In this document: piece by piece, positions 46,801 to 61,199 of the stretch | How the letters are laid out: each line of letters starts with the position of its first letter | Position numbering within the stretch: the first letter of the stretch is position 1 | From: Tubiluchus corallicola | Lineage: Eukaryota; Animalia; Priapulida | NCBI GenBank assembly: GCA_030141605.1 | Contig: JAQGDQ010000058.1 | Span: 591,852 to 655,851, forward strand | Length of the DNA stretch: 64,000 nt | Direction: 5' to 3' | Translations under genes and position numbers: made by a program | The notes under the pieces: generated by a model | Database searches by the model: none | Seen by the model: the letters and a program-made list of their open reading frames with translations, nothing else | Told to the model about the DNA's origin: nothing

Positions 46801-49800
46801 CACAACAAGTATTGATTTGACACATAATACATAAATGGTCATGATGCACGGTGGGCCCTGAAAGTAAGCAATGCTTGGTATGGTTAATACGTGTTTGGGT
46901 GAATTACAGAATTAGTTTTAGCAATTTCATCTGCCATGCTGAGACTTATTGAGAAGAAAGTTTGCCATCTAAACCGTAGGAGGTATTCATTTCACTTGTT
47001 TAACTTAGTAATAAGCAAGAAGTAAACTCCATGTTTGCTACTGACTTGACTTACATAGGCCTACAATCTATTTAGCGTATAGTGTAATCTGAAATCTTAA
47101 TAGTGTTTTGAATAATCTGCTGTTCATCCAGCAAACCCCTATCGACGGATAAACTGGATAATAGTATTAGCTGCAGTCACTTATGTGTGAGCGCACCCTA
47201 AGTACGGAAGTTGAATCATCAATCATCAAACTATCTACTCGAACTACAGACATCAAAAAGAAAGCAAAAATCGTTTGAATTTCATCAAATGATTTTATAA
47301 AGGCAGCGTTTACTATCCTACTCTGTTGATTGAAATCAGACTCAGAGATGGAAAACGATATTTTATGACCCGGGAAAATCAACTCATTGTGCGCGAAATG
47401 TAATCTTGTTTGGCGTTGTTCTCGTCGAAATCTTGTTTACGGCTTCTTCATACTTTAAGGCGTGTTCATATGCAGCGACTGTGGTCCGTCGATTAAACCG
47501 CGTATTCGATGTTGCAACTCCAGATTTGAATATAAGCACTTATCGCGATAAAACAATAAAGGGGAATCATTCTTAGCTACACTTATAATTGCACATAAAC
47601 TAATATTACGAAAATAACAAGAATGTTGACCAAAGTTTTTGTATAATCTGTACGGACATAAAAACTTAAACATTGTTACAAAAAAACGATTAATCCATAG
47701 TATCCACTTGAGGTGTCATTCGCTGCTAGAAATGCTCGTTTTATCATGATTGTTGATTCATTTTTTTTGCCCCAAACAAGATCGATGTCCATTCACGGTA
47801 AGAGGCTACAGCAAGAAAGCATAGATATGAATACAGCCAGAAAAGTAGAAATTTGTATTTGCGAACCATACAAGGTATCTGTTGATGTTCTTTTTTAATC
47901 AAGCGAGATTATAGTTTTCGGGGAAACAATTTTCTGGTAGAGATCTACACAAGTAAGAAATCAGGGGGAAAAGGATTTATAAGCAGCTATTCTACGTACT
48001 GGAATGTATCTAAGCAATGTATTCTACATACTAGAATTCTGTTTCGTCTGAAATTGTAATTACACTGTACGGTGATTCTGAAAATTTAAATCTCTGCTAA
48101 ACCTGAAAACAAACCTATTTTCACAACTATAATTCTGTATATTTGTATATATACTAATATACAAATTCTGTAATTTGAGTATGTCTCTGTTTCGTGGTTT
48201 TCAACAACACTTGATTCCTGCAACTGAACGCTTTAATAGTTTTAATGATCATTCGCTTTAATTGTAACCTTTTAATAACATGCAATATGAGATTTCGCGT
48301 AACAAAAAAATTAATAAATTTATACAATTTTAAAACTATGAAATAGATACTATAGTATATTTCAAACGAAAAATGTTACTTGGCAGTCACTAGCCTGCTG
48401 TGAAGCTTAAACTTTCTTGATTTGCTTCACTACTAATTTTTACTTTTTTTATTTTTTATTTTAATACTTTTTGGCGGAGCAGTAAAAACAGTTGGTGACT
48501 GAGTTCGCTGTTCTTTATTTAACAGAAAACTAGCAGTTGCATGTATTAGAAATAGCGACATTTCATTATGCCTGCATTGCAAGAGTTACAAGTAATAACT
48601 AATAAATACCGAAGTGACACAAACAGTTAAGTCAAAAATGCCAACTTTTGTTTTCCTTCTAGTTGTTTTATTTATGTCTCTAGTAGCTGATCGATGGTAT
48701 TAGCTAGTATATTCTAATAATATAAGCTAATGTATTCATGTTCACAGTTTAACCCTTTAACCCTTTAACTCACACAATACTAAGCGGAATTCTACCTGCA
48801 AAACCTTGCAAAAAATAACAATGTATTCCTTCTTACTGTAGCTAAGAAAAACTCTTTCAGTTGTACTACTTTAGAATTTGGAATTCAGTTCAATGGAAAA
48901 AGCTACACAAAACAGTTTTGCCAAAAAGAAGGGTATAAAAATATACCACGATTATACTACTAACTGCACAATACTTAACAGAACGCCAGGCCAAGTTCTC
49001 TTTTCCTGTCAAATGACAGCACTAGTGCTGCGTATGATCTTTCTCTACCAAAATTTTCATTGAGCTATTATCATGAAGCTGAAGATTTTATAAATCTACT
49101 TCTTTAACACGCACATAATAGTGACCAAACGGTTTAACAACAGCGCGCTTTACCAGGCAACTTACTAATTCGATTACATTTCCAATCTAAAATTTTGCGT
49201 ACTAACTGGCTCTGCAAAGCGCCGACAGACGTTAGCTACTATTGTGCAAAACTCTTAACCCTTTCAAAGTTATCATTTAATTTCACCACGAAATTATCTG
49301 CGCATGTTAATAATTGGTCCATCTCGTTTCCTGGCGACAATAACAGCAATAATTACTGCGACTGCCGCTGCACCTCCCGCTTGCGTGACTGTTATTGCAT
49401 TGGGGGGGGGGCATATTCAGAACCAAAATGTTCCTAATACAAATCAATCACTCGGCCTAGCACATAAGTAACAGCTGCTGTATTAATAATATAAATTATG
49501 TTTAATTTAAAATCTTGCACGTGCTGCATCGTGGTGCATAAATTAGCTTTAATATCAGCACTGTGATTGCTAAAACTGCAGGTCGTACGGAGAGAGCGCT
49601 GACACACTGTTAACTCTTGTCGTCTCAGATGAATCGGCAAACTAGCGTAAGGTCGTAGTCATTAAACTGGAACCGTTTCCAACAATAGTTTCCAAGCCTT
49701 TAACTAAAATTGTGGTGTATACAGCACACCCTCGGCTAAAGTCATAATTTGACACTCAACTAATATCATAATTTGTGAAACACAACAGTTGGAATTTTTA

Positions 49801-50962
49801 CGAAATTTTGTATTAGTAGTTAGTATAAAAACAGTTATAGGTATGTCAGTGCCTTAACAAAACGCATAATCGCAACAACAGGAGTCATGTTTAGTGAGAA
49901 TTTTTAGTGCATTACGATAAAATATAGTGTTAATTAATATTTTTCCACAGTGTACAGTTACTTAGCTACACTGAGCTATGAGAAAACGTGCCTGGAAGTT
50001 AAAAGCATAATCATAAAACGCAATTTCTTATTTTATTGATCCCAGAGACCTCACCTGCGAAAGAAATCAGAGGGCGTATCCATACAAACGGGTACTTGGC
50101 AGTGGGGGAAAAATCGCATGAAATAAAATTATGGACTCTCGCACAAATTGGAAAGTGAGTTAGATCGGCAGTTTTTAAAAGGTTAAATTTACCATTTTAT
50201 GAACCTACCGGGTGCCAATGTAATTCCCTGACTTATCGCGCCGCAAAGATTTCTTTATAAAACTTCTAAAGTTACTATAAGACAGCAAGATACAGCAGAT
50301 TAATGGCATAATTCCAAAATTCGCTAACAGATAAATAAATTTCGTTGTTGACAGTTGAAAAATTTTCTTTTATAATATAAATAACAACGCATAATTCGAA
50401 TCGGTCTACTCCTAAAAATCGCTGAAATAGAAAACGAAGGACATCCGACTAGTTGCGTTGATTTACCATGAGATTTTCTCTCCTAGAATTCCCTAAACAA
50501 GGCATAAGGTGATTATAAGTCGAGGCCATACACACGCGGGACCCATCTAAGACATGTTAGTAGTGGCTTTTCATGAGGCAAATCACAAGGTCTGATTAAG
50601 TAATCTAAAAAAGTAATGACACAAGAAGGACTTAGGTAGTTTTTCCTGATACTGATGAGACAAGACTACAAAAACCAAAACAGAAACGGTAAGTAAACCA
50701 CTATGACCATGAGTGATGCAATGGATAGTTATGAACAGTGAAAAAGAAAGACGCATGCAAGTCAGAGTATCACAGTCCAACTCTCCCGAAAACTGAACCT
50801 TTGGTTCAAAGTCAGAGCAATGTATATGCCGTTCAAATTCTGCTGAGATATCACAGTAGAGTCAAAGTCAACTTGTGGTCACTACTGCGACCGCAATTAT
50901 CATTAATAAAATAACTGCCACTGCATTCGTCATCATTATCACAAACATCACACAAGCACTAA

Positions 50963-51300
50963 AGGCCCGTTTATATACAAGGCGGGAAATCGCGCGGTTT
51001 CCGGCTGTTGATTGCTCTACGTTACTTCAAAATGCATCGTCTATACGTAATGCGGGAAATCGCGCGGCCAAAGAATCGCCCGCGCGGTTTCCCGCTTTGA
51101 TTGCTCTCTGAGCATTTATTTTTTAAAAAATTGGCTTTGTTAAGACGTAAAAGCCAAGGGCGGTGCTTTAGCTGAAAAACGAGATCTCTACAAGCGTGCT
51201 TATGAAGTGCATATGGCTTATGAAACTGAAGCAATAATATGGAAGAGAGTCAAAGATTATATGATAAAAGCCTAACTGAATACAAAAATAGTACAAAAAT
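50963..51300 (+). mobile_element. Possible one-ended Harbinger-type relic with a MADF/Myb-like coding fragment
   Basis: TAA followed by aggcccgtttata (Harbinger-like terminus). gcgggaaatcgcgcgg occurs twice (50982, 51052), plus a related cgcgcggtttcccgc. Downstream MEESQRLYDKSLTEYKNSTK resembles the LYD.....YKN...K motif of MADF domains. No matching right TIR was found. Confidence 0.4.
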
Positions 51301-52870
51301 AACTTTTACAAAACAATTTTTTGTTTATTTGTGGTGCGATTCTGTCTGTCTGTCTGTCTGTCTTCTTTCTGTTTGTGTGTTCGTCTCTCACTTTTCTCAT
51401 GTGCACGTCACTATTATTACATATAATTGAAAACTTTTCAAGAAATATATAATAAGCGATAGTAGATCTACGCAATAAAGAAGGTTACTCATACACATTA
51501 TTTGATGAACGAATATTATATTTGAAACGACTATGGTCTATGGGTACCGCGGAATTAGGTACCGCGAAACAAAAAAAATACAAAAACCGTCATCTTCGGG
51601 AGTTTTGGTCGCTTGTTCATTAATGCGATCGTATCTGGAAAGTGGAATGTGTGTATACTTTAAACTGCAATACTTGGAACTTGTCTGAGATTTTTTGTAG
51701 TTGATAATTTTTAAATCCTTTCAAACTAATGAAAATAGCTGTCGATAATAAATTATTGATCCACATAATTAACGTTCTCTGTAGACAGCAAAACACCAGA
51801 GAAATTCTTCTGAATAAAACATTAGTTAAAAACATTATAGAAAAATTAGTAAAACAAGTTACTATATACAGCATGTGCAATCAGCCCCCTTCGGACATTT
51901 AATTCGCACTTGCATTATATACAATAAAGCATCAGTAATATAACAGCAATACTAAATTATATATATAACAAAATGTCGGCAAAAAAATTATACAAAAAAG
52001 AAAAGACATATTTGACGTACATAAAATTTTCAACCAATACCGGTAATTTTTTTATTGCAACTATTTTTTGTTCACTATTTCATATGCTCAGCACCAGAGT
52101 GTTACAACTTTTAGATAGCCTGTTTTTACGTGAATAAACACATTTTCGAATTAAACTGTCGAAAAAATGTTACGCCAAGCTATGGCATGTTAGGTTGAAC
52201 ACAGATTCCTCTTACTAATGTAAATTTATCTACAAGGCTGCAATAATCAAATCAGAGTCAGACCAAAGGCAGTATCCATAGCAAAAACAGTAAGAGCAGA
52301 GTCGATATCAAAATTTTTCACACCTTCAAAGTTGAAAATAAAAACAGCTGCCAAGAGCGGTCATGCGTTCAATGAAATAATACGCAACGCAAAAGAAGTG
52401 GCATGAATTAGAATAGTTGTGCTTGGCTATAGGTATTGGTCATATCATTCACATAATCACCTCCTGCTGAGCATTTAGCTTAAGATTAATGGACAAGCTA
52501 CTATTAAATGAGAATTTCAATTTGTGCTACAGGCATCTATTACAGTGTACGCTAAATGTACATCAGTGCACAGATCGATCCATGAACCGTTTAAGGTACC
52601 ATACAAGACAAGCAGTCCTCAAAAAACAGCCTTTCAGTTCGGTACTTCTTGTCCCAGTAATTGTTATAAACTACAGCTAGGATAATTAACTGGGAAAGAG
52701 AAGCAAGTAATCAAATCATTATTCTGACTCTAGCACATCGTGACAAGGTACTTGACCATAAACAGCTAAGCGAGGAACGTCAATATATAACAGCGAGTAA
52801 GCCAGTCGGCGGCTTCAAGCAGGTGGTGGTACAGCTCTGAGTCAGCCAGTCAATATCGCAGTATACACTT

Positions 52871-53168
52871 ACACAATGGCTTCATGATACAGTCAGCTAC
52901 ATGTTAGTGGTTTCTTATAATAGAAACGTACACTACAATGGCTTCATAATACAATCGGCTTATGTTGGTGGTTTCTTATAGTAGAAAATTCATAACACAA
53001 TGACTTCACGATACAGTGAGCCACATATTACTGACTGTATCAGTTCTTAGATTAAAAGTGTACAAAATTCATAAGACAATCACTTCACGATACAGTCAGC
53101 CACATATTACTGATTGTATCACTTCTTAGAATAAAAGTGTATGATACAATGACTTCATAATACAGTCG
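52871..53168. repeat. Minisatellite, 5 units of ~60-80 bp with core ACAATG(G/A)CTTCA(T/C)(G/A)ATACAGTC
   Basis: Cores at about 52873, 52935, 52997, 53076 and 53146. The sequences between cores are homologous to each other. Confidence 0.85.
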
Positions 53169-54725
53169 ATCTTGTAAACATGTTACGAATTTCTTACAAT
53201 AAAATGTTTAGAATATAAGCGACCTTGCTTACAACAGGCTAAGTAGTATGATATGTGGTTTGCTAGTATAAAATATATAACAATATATATTAACCATCTG
53301 TCAATTGTAGCTGCATCAAAACTGAAATCAAATATTAAAATAAAATTAATTATAAAAGAACATTCCAGATGCTGACCAACAGAATAGCATATTGCGTTCA
53401 TATCAGTGCAAATTATAATTTCAATTCTCCGACAACTAATTACCTTGCTAATATAAATTTGATTAATTTGATGAAATTAAAATTCTATAATTGCGGCAGA
53501 TACCCACGAGTTTGAGAGACAAACAGACTTGTTCTTACATTTAGAATTAGTAATAATAAAATAGATAGATATGATGTCAAAAACGGCATTCAAGCAGTTA
53601 TTTACAAAACCAAATCAGTACTTTGCTACTATTCCTATGACGAAATAAACATGGAAGAATGTTTTTTTCATTTTTGAAAGAAAGCAACAAGCGAAAAATA
53701 GAAAAACTACATTATATGGAACCAACGGTTTCTATTGGAGTTACTGTTTCATCATCAGTATGACATATCACAAGTATTAATCAAAGTGCTAGTGGATCGT
53801 AAAACTGGATTATAAAATAGCTACCAAATTTGCTGCAATAAACCAATTTCACAAATTACTGCTGCCACTATCATGAATTGCATGAGCCTATGTTACACAG
53901 GATATACACTAGCTTTACTGTAGACACATCAAGATAATTCTGAACACTTTGATATCAGCGACTAGGTAATGTGCACTATTCCTGTTCACCTTTTCGTTAA
54001 GTACTTGCCGTCGATATTTTTATTTACATAAAAACATGTGACATATTATCAGACCAGACCATTTATGGAGAAACTGCAGAAAGGGGACAACCCCTGGATG
54101 TTACTTGCATTAAACTGCATCGATTCATTCTAACTAAAGGTCCAGAGAGATATTCCCAATAGAGTTGATCAGGCATTTTAGCCATGCTAACGTTTTCATG
54201 ACGCTGCGCGATATCAAAACTCAAAACTTAATTAGTCATAATGTCAACTTCAAAATTTTTAAAGATTTTGGGCCCGTCCGATCATTATCACAATTACATT
54301 TAGTTATAATAAATATCTATCATGTAATCATTATATTGTGCCTTAGATACACACATCACGCGCGTAAATAAGTTGGTCTTTCTGCGGCACGTGCCATAGT
54401 GCGTGCTTATTTAGAAATAAGATACAGAATTCCCCAGGCGCAGATCTTTGAATCAGATGCATGAGTAAGTAAAATAAATACAGGTCATCTGCGAGCATAA
54501 ACAAAGTGGTTTGTCCTGACCTTACAGTGCTTTACGCAGGCCTAGACTAATAACATATTACCATCAGCCGGTCAAAGAAATGACCACGATTTCACCCTTC
54601 AATTTTTTACTAAGCAGTTAATATTTTTGTCAGCAACAATTTTAGTTTGTATCAGTCTGTATCATCATTTAGATAATTATGTCTATATCACACTTTACGT
54701 TTCTGTTAATTCAGATGTTCTGAAT

Positions 54726-54791
54726 GACGACGACGACGACGACGATGACGACGACGACGATGATGATGATGATGATGACGATGATGATGAT
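54726..54791. repeat. (GAC)n/(GAT)n microsatellite
   Basis: Read directly from the sequence. It is the source of the poly-D, poly-T and poly-M ORFs. Confidence 0.95.
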
Positions 54792-54957
54792 AAACCTACA
54801 TTTTGTAAATATATATATAGGTGTATATGTACTTCTTAGGGTCCCAGGTCACATTCCTCCCCATGCAATATCTGGTTTCTTTAGTTCCTTTCCTATTTTG
54901 AATTGTCACCTAATATTGTTTGTCTTTATGCTTTTACGGTGGTTTATTTAAATAATT

Positions 54958-55404
<447 letters not shown>

Positions 55405-57398
55405 TCTTTATAATCTCAGGTATACTTGACGCGTGTGTTAGCAAGGTTGAATCGGCCTTCGTAACACAAAACTTTCATTTGAGTTCTGCCCTACATGAAG
55501 AGACATGAGCTCGGGTATTGGTTTTTTATCTGATATATATACACAGTGTTCTTTTCTATTCCTCTCCTTACTGAAATTCTTCCCCAATTCTCCCTTGGGC
55601 AAAAATTCCTCCCCCTAGGTTTGAAATTTTCTCCTAGGAACCAAGTGTCCCTCTCTGGGAATCAAGGGTTAATTGAAGGACAGAGCACTGAGAATCTATG
55701 AAGAACATACTAAATAACCAAAACAACTGCGTATTGTTTATTCAAGATTTTAGAAAAGTCGGAATGCATTCTTGAGTTTGTCGATCAACAAAAATAACTT
55801 GTAAACAAACCGAGCAATACTCGTAAACGCTTTCTTGTTCTTGCTAACTTTAAGTACTAGCAAAGGTCTTTGGATGGAAGACTACGAAATAAATAAATGG
55901 ATAAGCTAGGCGGAAGTGCAATAGGAAGACGAATTCTTATACTTCCGCAAGAAAACATAAAATTAATAACAACCGTAATCATAACCTTAAAATTCCTAGA
56001 TATTGAAGACTAGGTTGCGATTAAACTTTATTTTGACGCTTGAGAATGATACGTCTTTGCCATTTATTACGTACTTTGTAAACACCACGGTACAAAAGTC
56101 GTATTTTTGAAAGTTGGATTTTGAAATATTCTTTAAGTATTTTATAAAGAGCAAAGTAATGGAGAGCAAAATAGTAACGAATGCGAGCAGATAACAGAAA
56201 AATGGTCTACTAGACTAGCACTAGGAGTCAATTTTGTACTTCTAACTTGAAAAAAAACAAAGTTATATTTACTACGTTTTCAGAATGTGTGCTTCTGTCG
56301 CAAAAAAATGGGATCAAAACATGTCTTACACCCACAAAGCTGTATTATAAATTCTGATTTACTGTAGCTTGAAAGTAGAGCTCTGCGGAATCCCAGTCAC
56401 AATCCACGGCTTAGTTTTTCCTTACAAACTAGCTTATAGTAGGAAACGCAGCTTATTATGAATGCCATCACCCTGTGAGCAACCTCATTTCTTGAAAAAC
56501 CTACAACTACGTGATTAATTCACGGAGAGCGATTATTATAATTCATTGCGCATTATAAGAATGGACGCGCCGCTTTTATGTGAGCAATTTTAAAGGCATT
56601 CCGTTTCATAATGCAATGGGGACTATTTCCTCAAAGCCTGGGGATTAGCATGCTTATTAGCTAAAATATGTTAATCTTTTTTCAGCAAATTTGGAATAGA
56701 AGAACGTAATGCATAAAAATGGCTAAAACTGCAAAATAATAGCAGTGCCATTACACCTACTACAGTGACTACACTGTCACAGTAAACACATTCGTATGGG
56801 AATTTCCTGAAAAGTAATTAATTTGGCAAAGAAAGCAAAAAAATTAGGGAAAACATTTAACTTGTGTTTAAGTTGTTAACAATTGCAAACATACGCAGTT
56901 GCGACTGTCGTTCCCTCCACGCCCCCCCCCCCAACATTGGCTACATAGGTAGCATCTATAATAACATGTATTTTTAAACACGAATCTCTTTATTGTCTTT
57001 TCTGCTTTGATGTATTCATTCATCTTTTTCTTCACATTCCATACATGCAATTAGGACTACTAGATTAGTAAGTCTAAGCACGCGGCAAACAATTATTATG
57101 CTTACAGTAACATTTAGTTCTGGCCTTCTAAGATTATAATGCCAGCTGTAAAGTTATTATTACTTATTAGTGACCATTTGTCCATTCAATGTGCTTAACC
57201 AAATTAGAGCAAGCAAGCCTCAGTGCCTTATGTGAAGAAAAGGTGAGAAAAACAACTTTAAATTCATAAAAGTCAATAATTTATCAATTCAACTAATTTC
57301 ACGTAACAGAAGGCTTTAACAAGAGTTAACAAAATAAAAATGTTCCACGCAAAGCGCATCCCGGGCAACCGCACAAAAATCGACTGCAAGCTACTTAC

Positions 57399-57456
57399 TA
57401 GCAATGTAGCAGACGCCTATTCCAAAGAAAAATCCAACTCCAACCCAGCTCGTCAT
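57399..57456 (-). CDS. Putative first coding exon (signal peptide) of the NCAM/Fas2-like gene
   Basis: The minus strand reads aaaaATG ACG AGC TGG...GCT A|GTAAGT = MTSWVGVGFFFGIGVCYIA plus a phase-1 donor. Joined to the phase-1 acceptor exon at 22857 it gives MTSWVGVGFFFGIGVCYIASVLTG-ELELSP, a plausible cleavable signal peptide. The full CDS is then 1356 nt (451 aa). Confidence 0.7.
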
Positions 57457-57559
57457 TTTTGTGCGTGAAACCACAACCACCGATAATCCGAAATCGTATT
57501 ATTTTTGGGCAAGTTGCCAACAGTATAATAATTTACTGCAGGCAAAATCCAAAGCACTT

Positions 57560-57700
57560 ATCATTCATTGACAGCCCTAGCAGCGGGTGCAGCGTAGATG
57601 TGACCAGCCCTCGGAGCATGCGCAGTGCACAGCCTTTTTACTCATTTATTATTCCGCGACCAATGAAGCATTTTAAATAACCATAGGCATTGGATAATGC
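57560..57700 (-). promoter_or_regulatory. Candidate promoter of the NCAM/Fas2-like gene (NRF1-like and CCAAT motifs)
   Basis: Locally GC/CpG-richer patch just upstream of the candidate first exon. GCATGCGCAGT at 57616-57626 is NRF1/Ewg-like. CCAAT at 57660 and ATTGG at about 57689. Confidence 0.4.
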
Positions 57701-59447
57701 CTTACATTTTACGCATCACTACCGCTTTTGACTAACCACAGAATATTAGTCTTACATAGACTGGTGTAACGTTCACTTACTATACAATGTATGCTTATTT
57801 ATTTCTGCAGTTAGTAAAAATAGCTCAAAAAGTTGTCGAAAATAGTTTAATGTGTAACAGTCATTTTAATAAGGAGGAAATATGTGATAAAAAAGATGAA
57901 AGTGATCAGAGGAATTTGTAGTACTTGCGTAATTAGCTATACTTCCTCTGTCGAAACTAAAAGTAAAGTTAATTCGCACTAACAGAATTTTTATATACAA
58001 AAACCTAAATACAGTTTTCTTAAAAAAGCAATGCACAGAAATAAAAAAATGAGAGATCTACAGAAAATTCGGCTAAAGTTTATCATTCGCGCACGCAAGA
58101 AATTAGTTCATGAAGCGGATAGGGTTATGGTTAGGATATTGAAATTGTGCGGGGAATTATATAAAGTCCTTCAGAAAATTAATAAAAAATTCAAACTGTT
58201 CAAATTATTAACAACCAGCTGAATCTTTACCGCTCATCTCCAAAACATCACTTATCGTACTTCGATCGATGTCATTCGTGGTTAAAAAATATTTTTTGGC
58301 ATGCTGAAGTTGGAAATTGGTGGATTAATTTGTAGTTTTGGAATTATACTCGCAATACAGCAGCTTGCGACCTGTATCATAATTAAGGATTGTTATTAAT
58401 TATGCACTACATATTACCGTATCTTATATTACATTATAATTACAAGTATTGCGAAAATAATTAAATGTATTTTTGCGAAAAAATACAAATTACTTAGTCC
58501 ATCATCCATAACTGTAAGTGTTTGAAATACTTGTTTAAAATTCTCAATAAGTACTGTGCATGCCTACAAGATTTCAATTATTATATGCAGGGAAATTTTA
58601 TAACCTAATACAGCTTGCTGTGGTACAATCCCTTGACCCACATGAATTTTTAAACTTAATTATTTTATCGTAAATAATATATTGAGTTTAGTTGTTATTC
58701 ATGAATCGTGATTATAAAATTGCCCCGAGTCTTGACAGCACATTGCCCACTGCTTGTACTAATGTCGTGGCGCCATCTGGTGTAGATTTTTTCATTATAA
58801 CGCTTAGAATATACAGCTTTTCCGGTTCTTGCTGATTTTGCACACGCTGGTGTTATTGCTTATCATTAACAGGCAAACCAAATTGTTCCTCCGAACTTAT
58901 CCTCCAAAAAATATTACGTGACCATGAGTGCTTTTGCAACTAATCTTGCTGGTATAAAAACAATACTTGTTTCAACTTGAAAGTAAGATTGCATCAAGTA
59001 TTTGTACATATGTCAAAGCTTGAGTAATCAACGCAAAATTATGATTTTTATCATTTTTACAAGCCAGTCAAATTAAAACGATGCCATTTGCATTATTACC
59101 TATTTTGCCCTATGGATGAACATGAACTATGTTGAAATGTGCATTACAAAACTTTCCCAAAAAGATAACCTACATCTTCACCAACCACGTCTGATTACCA
59201 ATTAATATTAACCAAAACAAAAAGGTATTAGTCATGATCATTTATTAATAATGAGAATAAATCACAAATTTGTATGCACACAGTACGTACTATTAACAGA
59301 TACGCATGTTAACAATGTTTTTCAAACTTTCACAATAAAATTTTTAATTTGAAAATATATGCATAATTTACGTTCAAACTCATGAGTTAAAAGATACTTT
59401 AATAATGTGCCCATGAACCATAACAAAACAATTTGAAAGAAGTATTA

Positions 59448-59665
59448 AATAGCGCTTATGTAGCATGCGGATACGTTTTGGGTGGTGCGGAATAGATAAA
59501 ATCGGTTTATATTGTTTTCAATGCATCTGTCTATGTAGCCTACGTATGCGTTACTCTAATTCTGCAGCTATTTCCTATTGATCTCTTTCTGCAGGCTATT
59601 CCACCAGCAGACTATTTCCATAGGTGGAAAACTCATCCGCATCTGCAGGCTACACAAACGCCACT
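59448..59665. mobile_element. ~220-bp Harbinger-family MITE related to the 27856-28583 element
   Basis: Left aatagcgcttatgtagcatgcggat and right gctacacaaacgccact+TAA match the TIRs of the 27856 element. Internal gctatttcctattgat...ctatttccataggtgga resembles gctattcctatcgat...ctattccgtagatgga (28524-28565). Confidence 0.65.
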
Positions 59666-61199
59666 TAAAAATTGATACGTATAAGTATAATAAATTATTA
59701 CATGTTATCTTATTATCTTATTTATATATAAATATATATATATATATAAACATATATATATATATATATTGGTGTTAACATGATTACATTTCTAAGTAAT
59801 ACAGTTCAAGAGAAATATAAATAAAAAAATTTATATACTAACACAATAAGAAAAAAGCTGCTGCAAATACTGTTATCTTATAAATTGCATTTTTAAGAGT
59901 ATAATGAAGTAAATTACTTCTAGCTTATCAGTGTTTGTGCTAAGTTTAATCTTGCCACTAGGATTATTACTACATTCACATATAATGTTAGTTTAAGTGA
60001 CTACACCTACAATTTCCGTTTTTTTCTAACCTTTTCGACATTCTTTAGCTAACTGCCTCTGAAAGCTCTCAAAAATTTAAATTTATGCCATGCTTAGGCG
60101 GTTACAAAAAACTGTTAATATTAAAAATGTTTTTACACGATTAAGGCATCTTAACATATGGTATACAATATAAGATTCTTTAATGCAAAAATAGGTAGCA
60201 ATCAAATAAAATGTACAAAACATACCTTGTTGAATGACAGTCTGGCAAAAATAAAATAGTAAAAATAAAATTACTACAAACACCTTCAATGAGATTCAAA
60301 TGGCTCTAAGTCTTGAATTACACGAATTTAGAGAATAGGTGTACACGTACAAGAACCTAATAAAACTGATTATTCAGTGTTTATAATTGTTATACCCAGT
60401 GTCTATATTTTATGTGTTATCAAGCAATTACATATCTAAAATATAAAAATATTAACTACATTTTTATTAGTTAAATTTAATAACACAAAAAATGTCAGTT
60501 ACCATTGTTACACTACCCTTCTAAATGATTTTAGACTAGTACTGTGCAATAATTACTGTCAGTAGCTAACTAATTAATGAACTGTAGTGATAAGAATGCT
60601 ATATATATATACAATAAGTATTCATAATTATTATAAATACCAAAAAGGTTTAGCCTAATTTAAAATGTTATTACACAAAGCCAAAGAGCACGTATTGTAA
60701 AAATAAGCATAAAAGTATTTAAAAAAAGCCTAAATCTTAACTAAAAACAAAGATTTCTCCAAAAATAAACAGATCATGATTCAGTCGTCCCCAGTTAAAA
60801 TACCAGCTAAAAATACCAAGAATAAGGAAGGTTCCACTTTCATTCATAGCATACTATACAATTTTTATTTCATAAACGTGAAATAACTTTGTGTTAAGAG
60901 GATAAAGCAAATATTATCATCAGTGTAATTTATCTCTACTCAGGAAACAAAGCACCCAATTTCATCAATTTTTTACAGACCTAAAAAAAATCTGCAAGCA
61001 CGTACACTGTATAAATTCCTTATTTACAAATTTAGGGCAAACACTCAGACCAGACTTCCGATATGAAATTCTAATCACAGCTTTTTTAATTTAGATTTCT
61101 TTAACAACACACAAAAAAAATTATTCAAAATCATGAAGATCCTAAAGATGGCCTTTAAAAGACTGAAATTCTGGTTATTAACACTTTTAATGCAAGATA

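Noticed and set aside
48748-48770. tttaaccctttaaccctttaac, telomere-like or piggyBac-end-like
   Set aside because: Only about 2.5 units, and no matching opposite terminus was found.
52871-53168. CRISPR-like repeat-spacer appearance
   Set aside because: The repeats are degenerate, the spacers are homologous to one another and of uneven length, there are no cas genes, and the context is eukaryotic.
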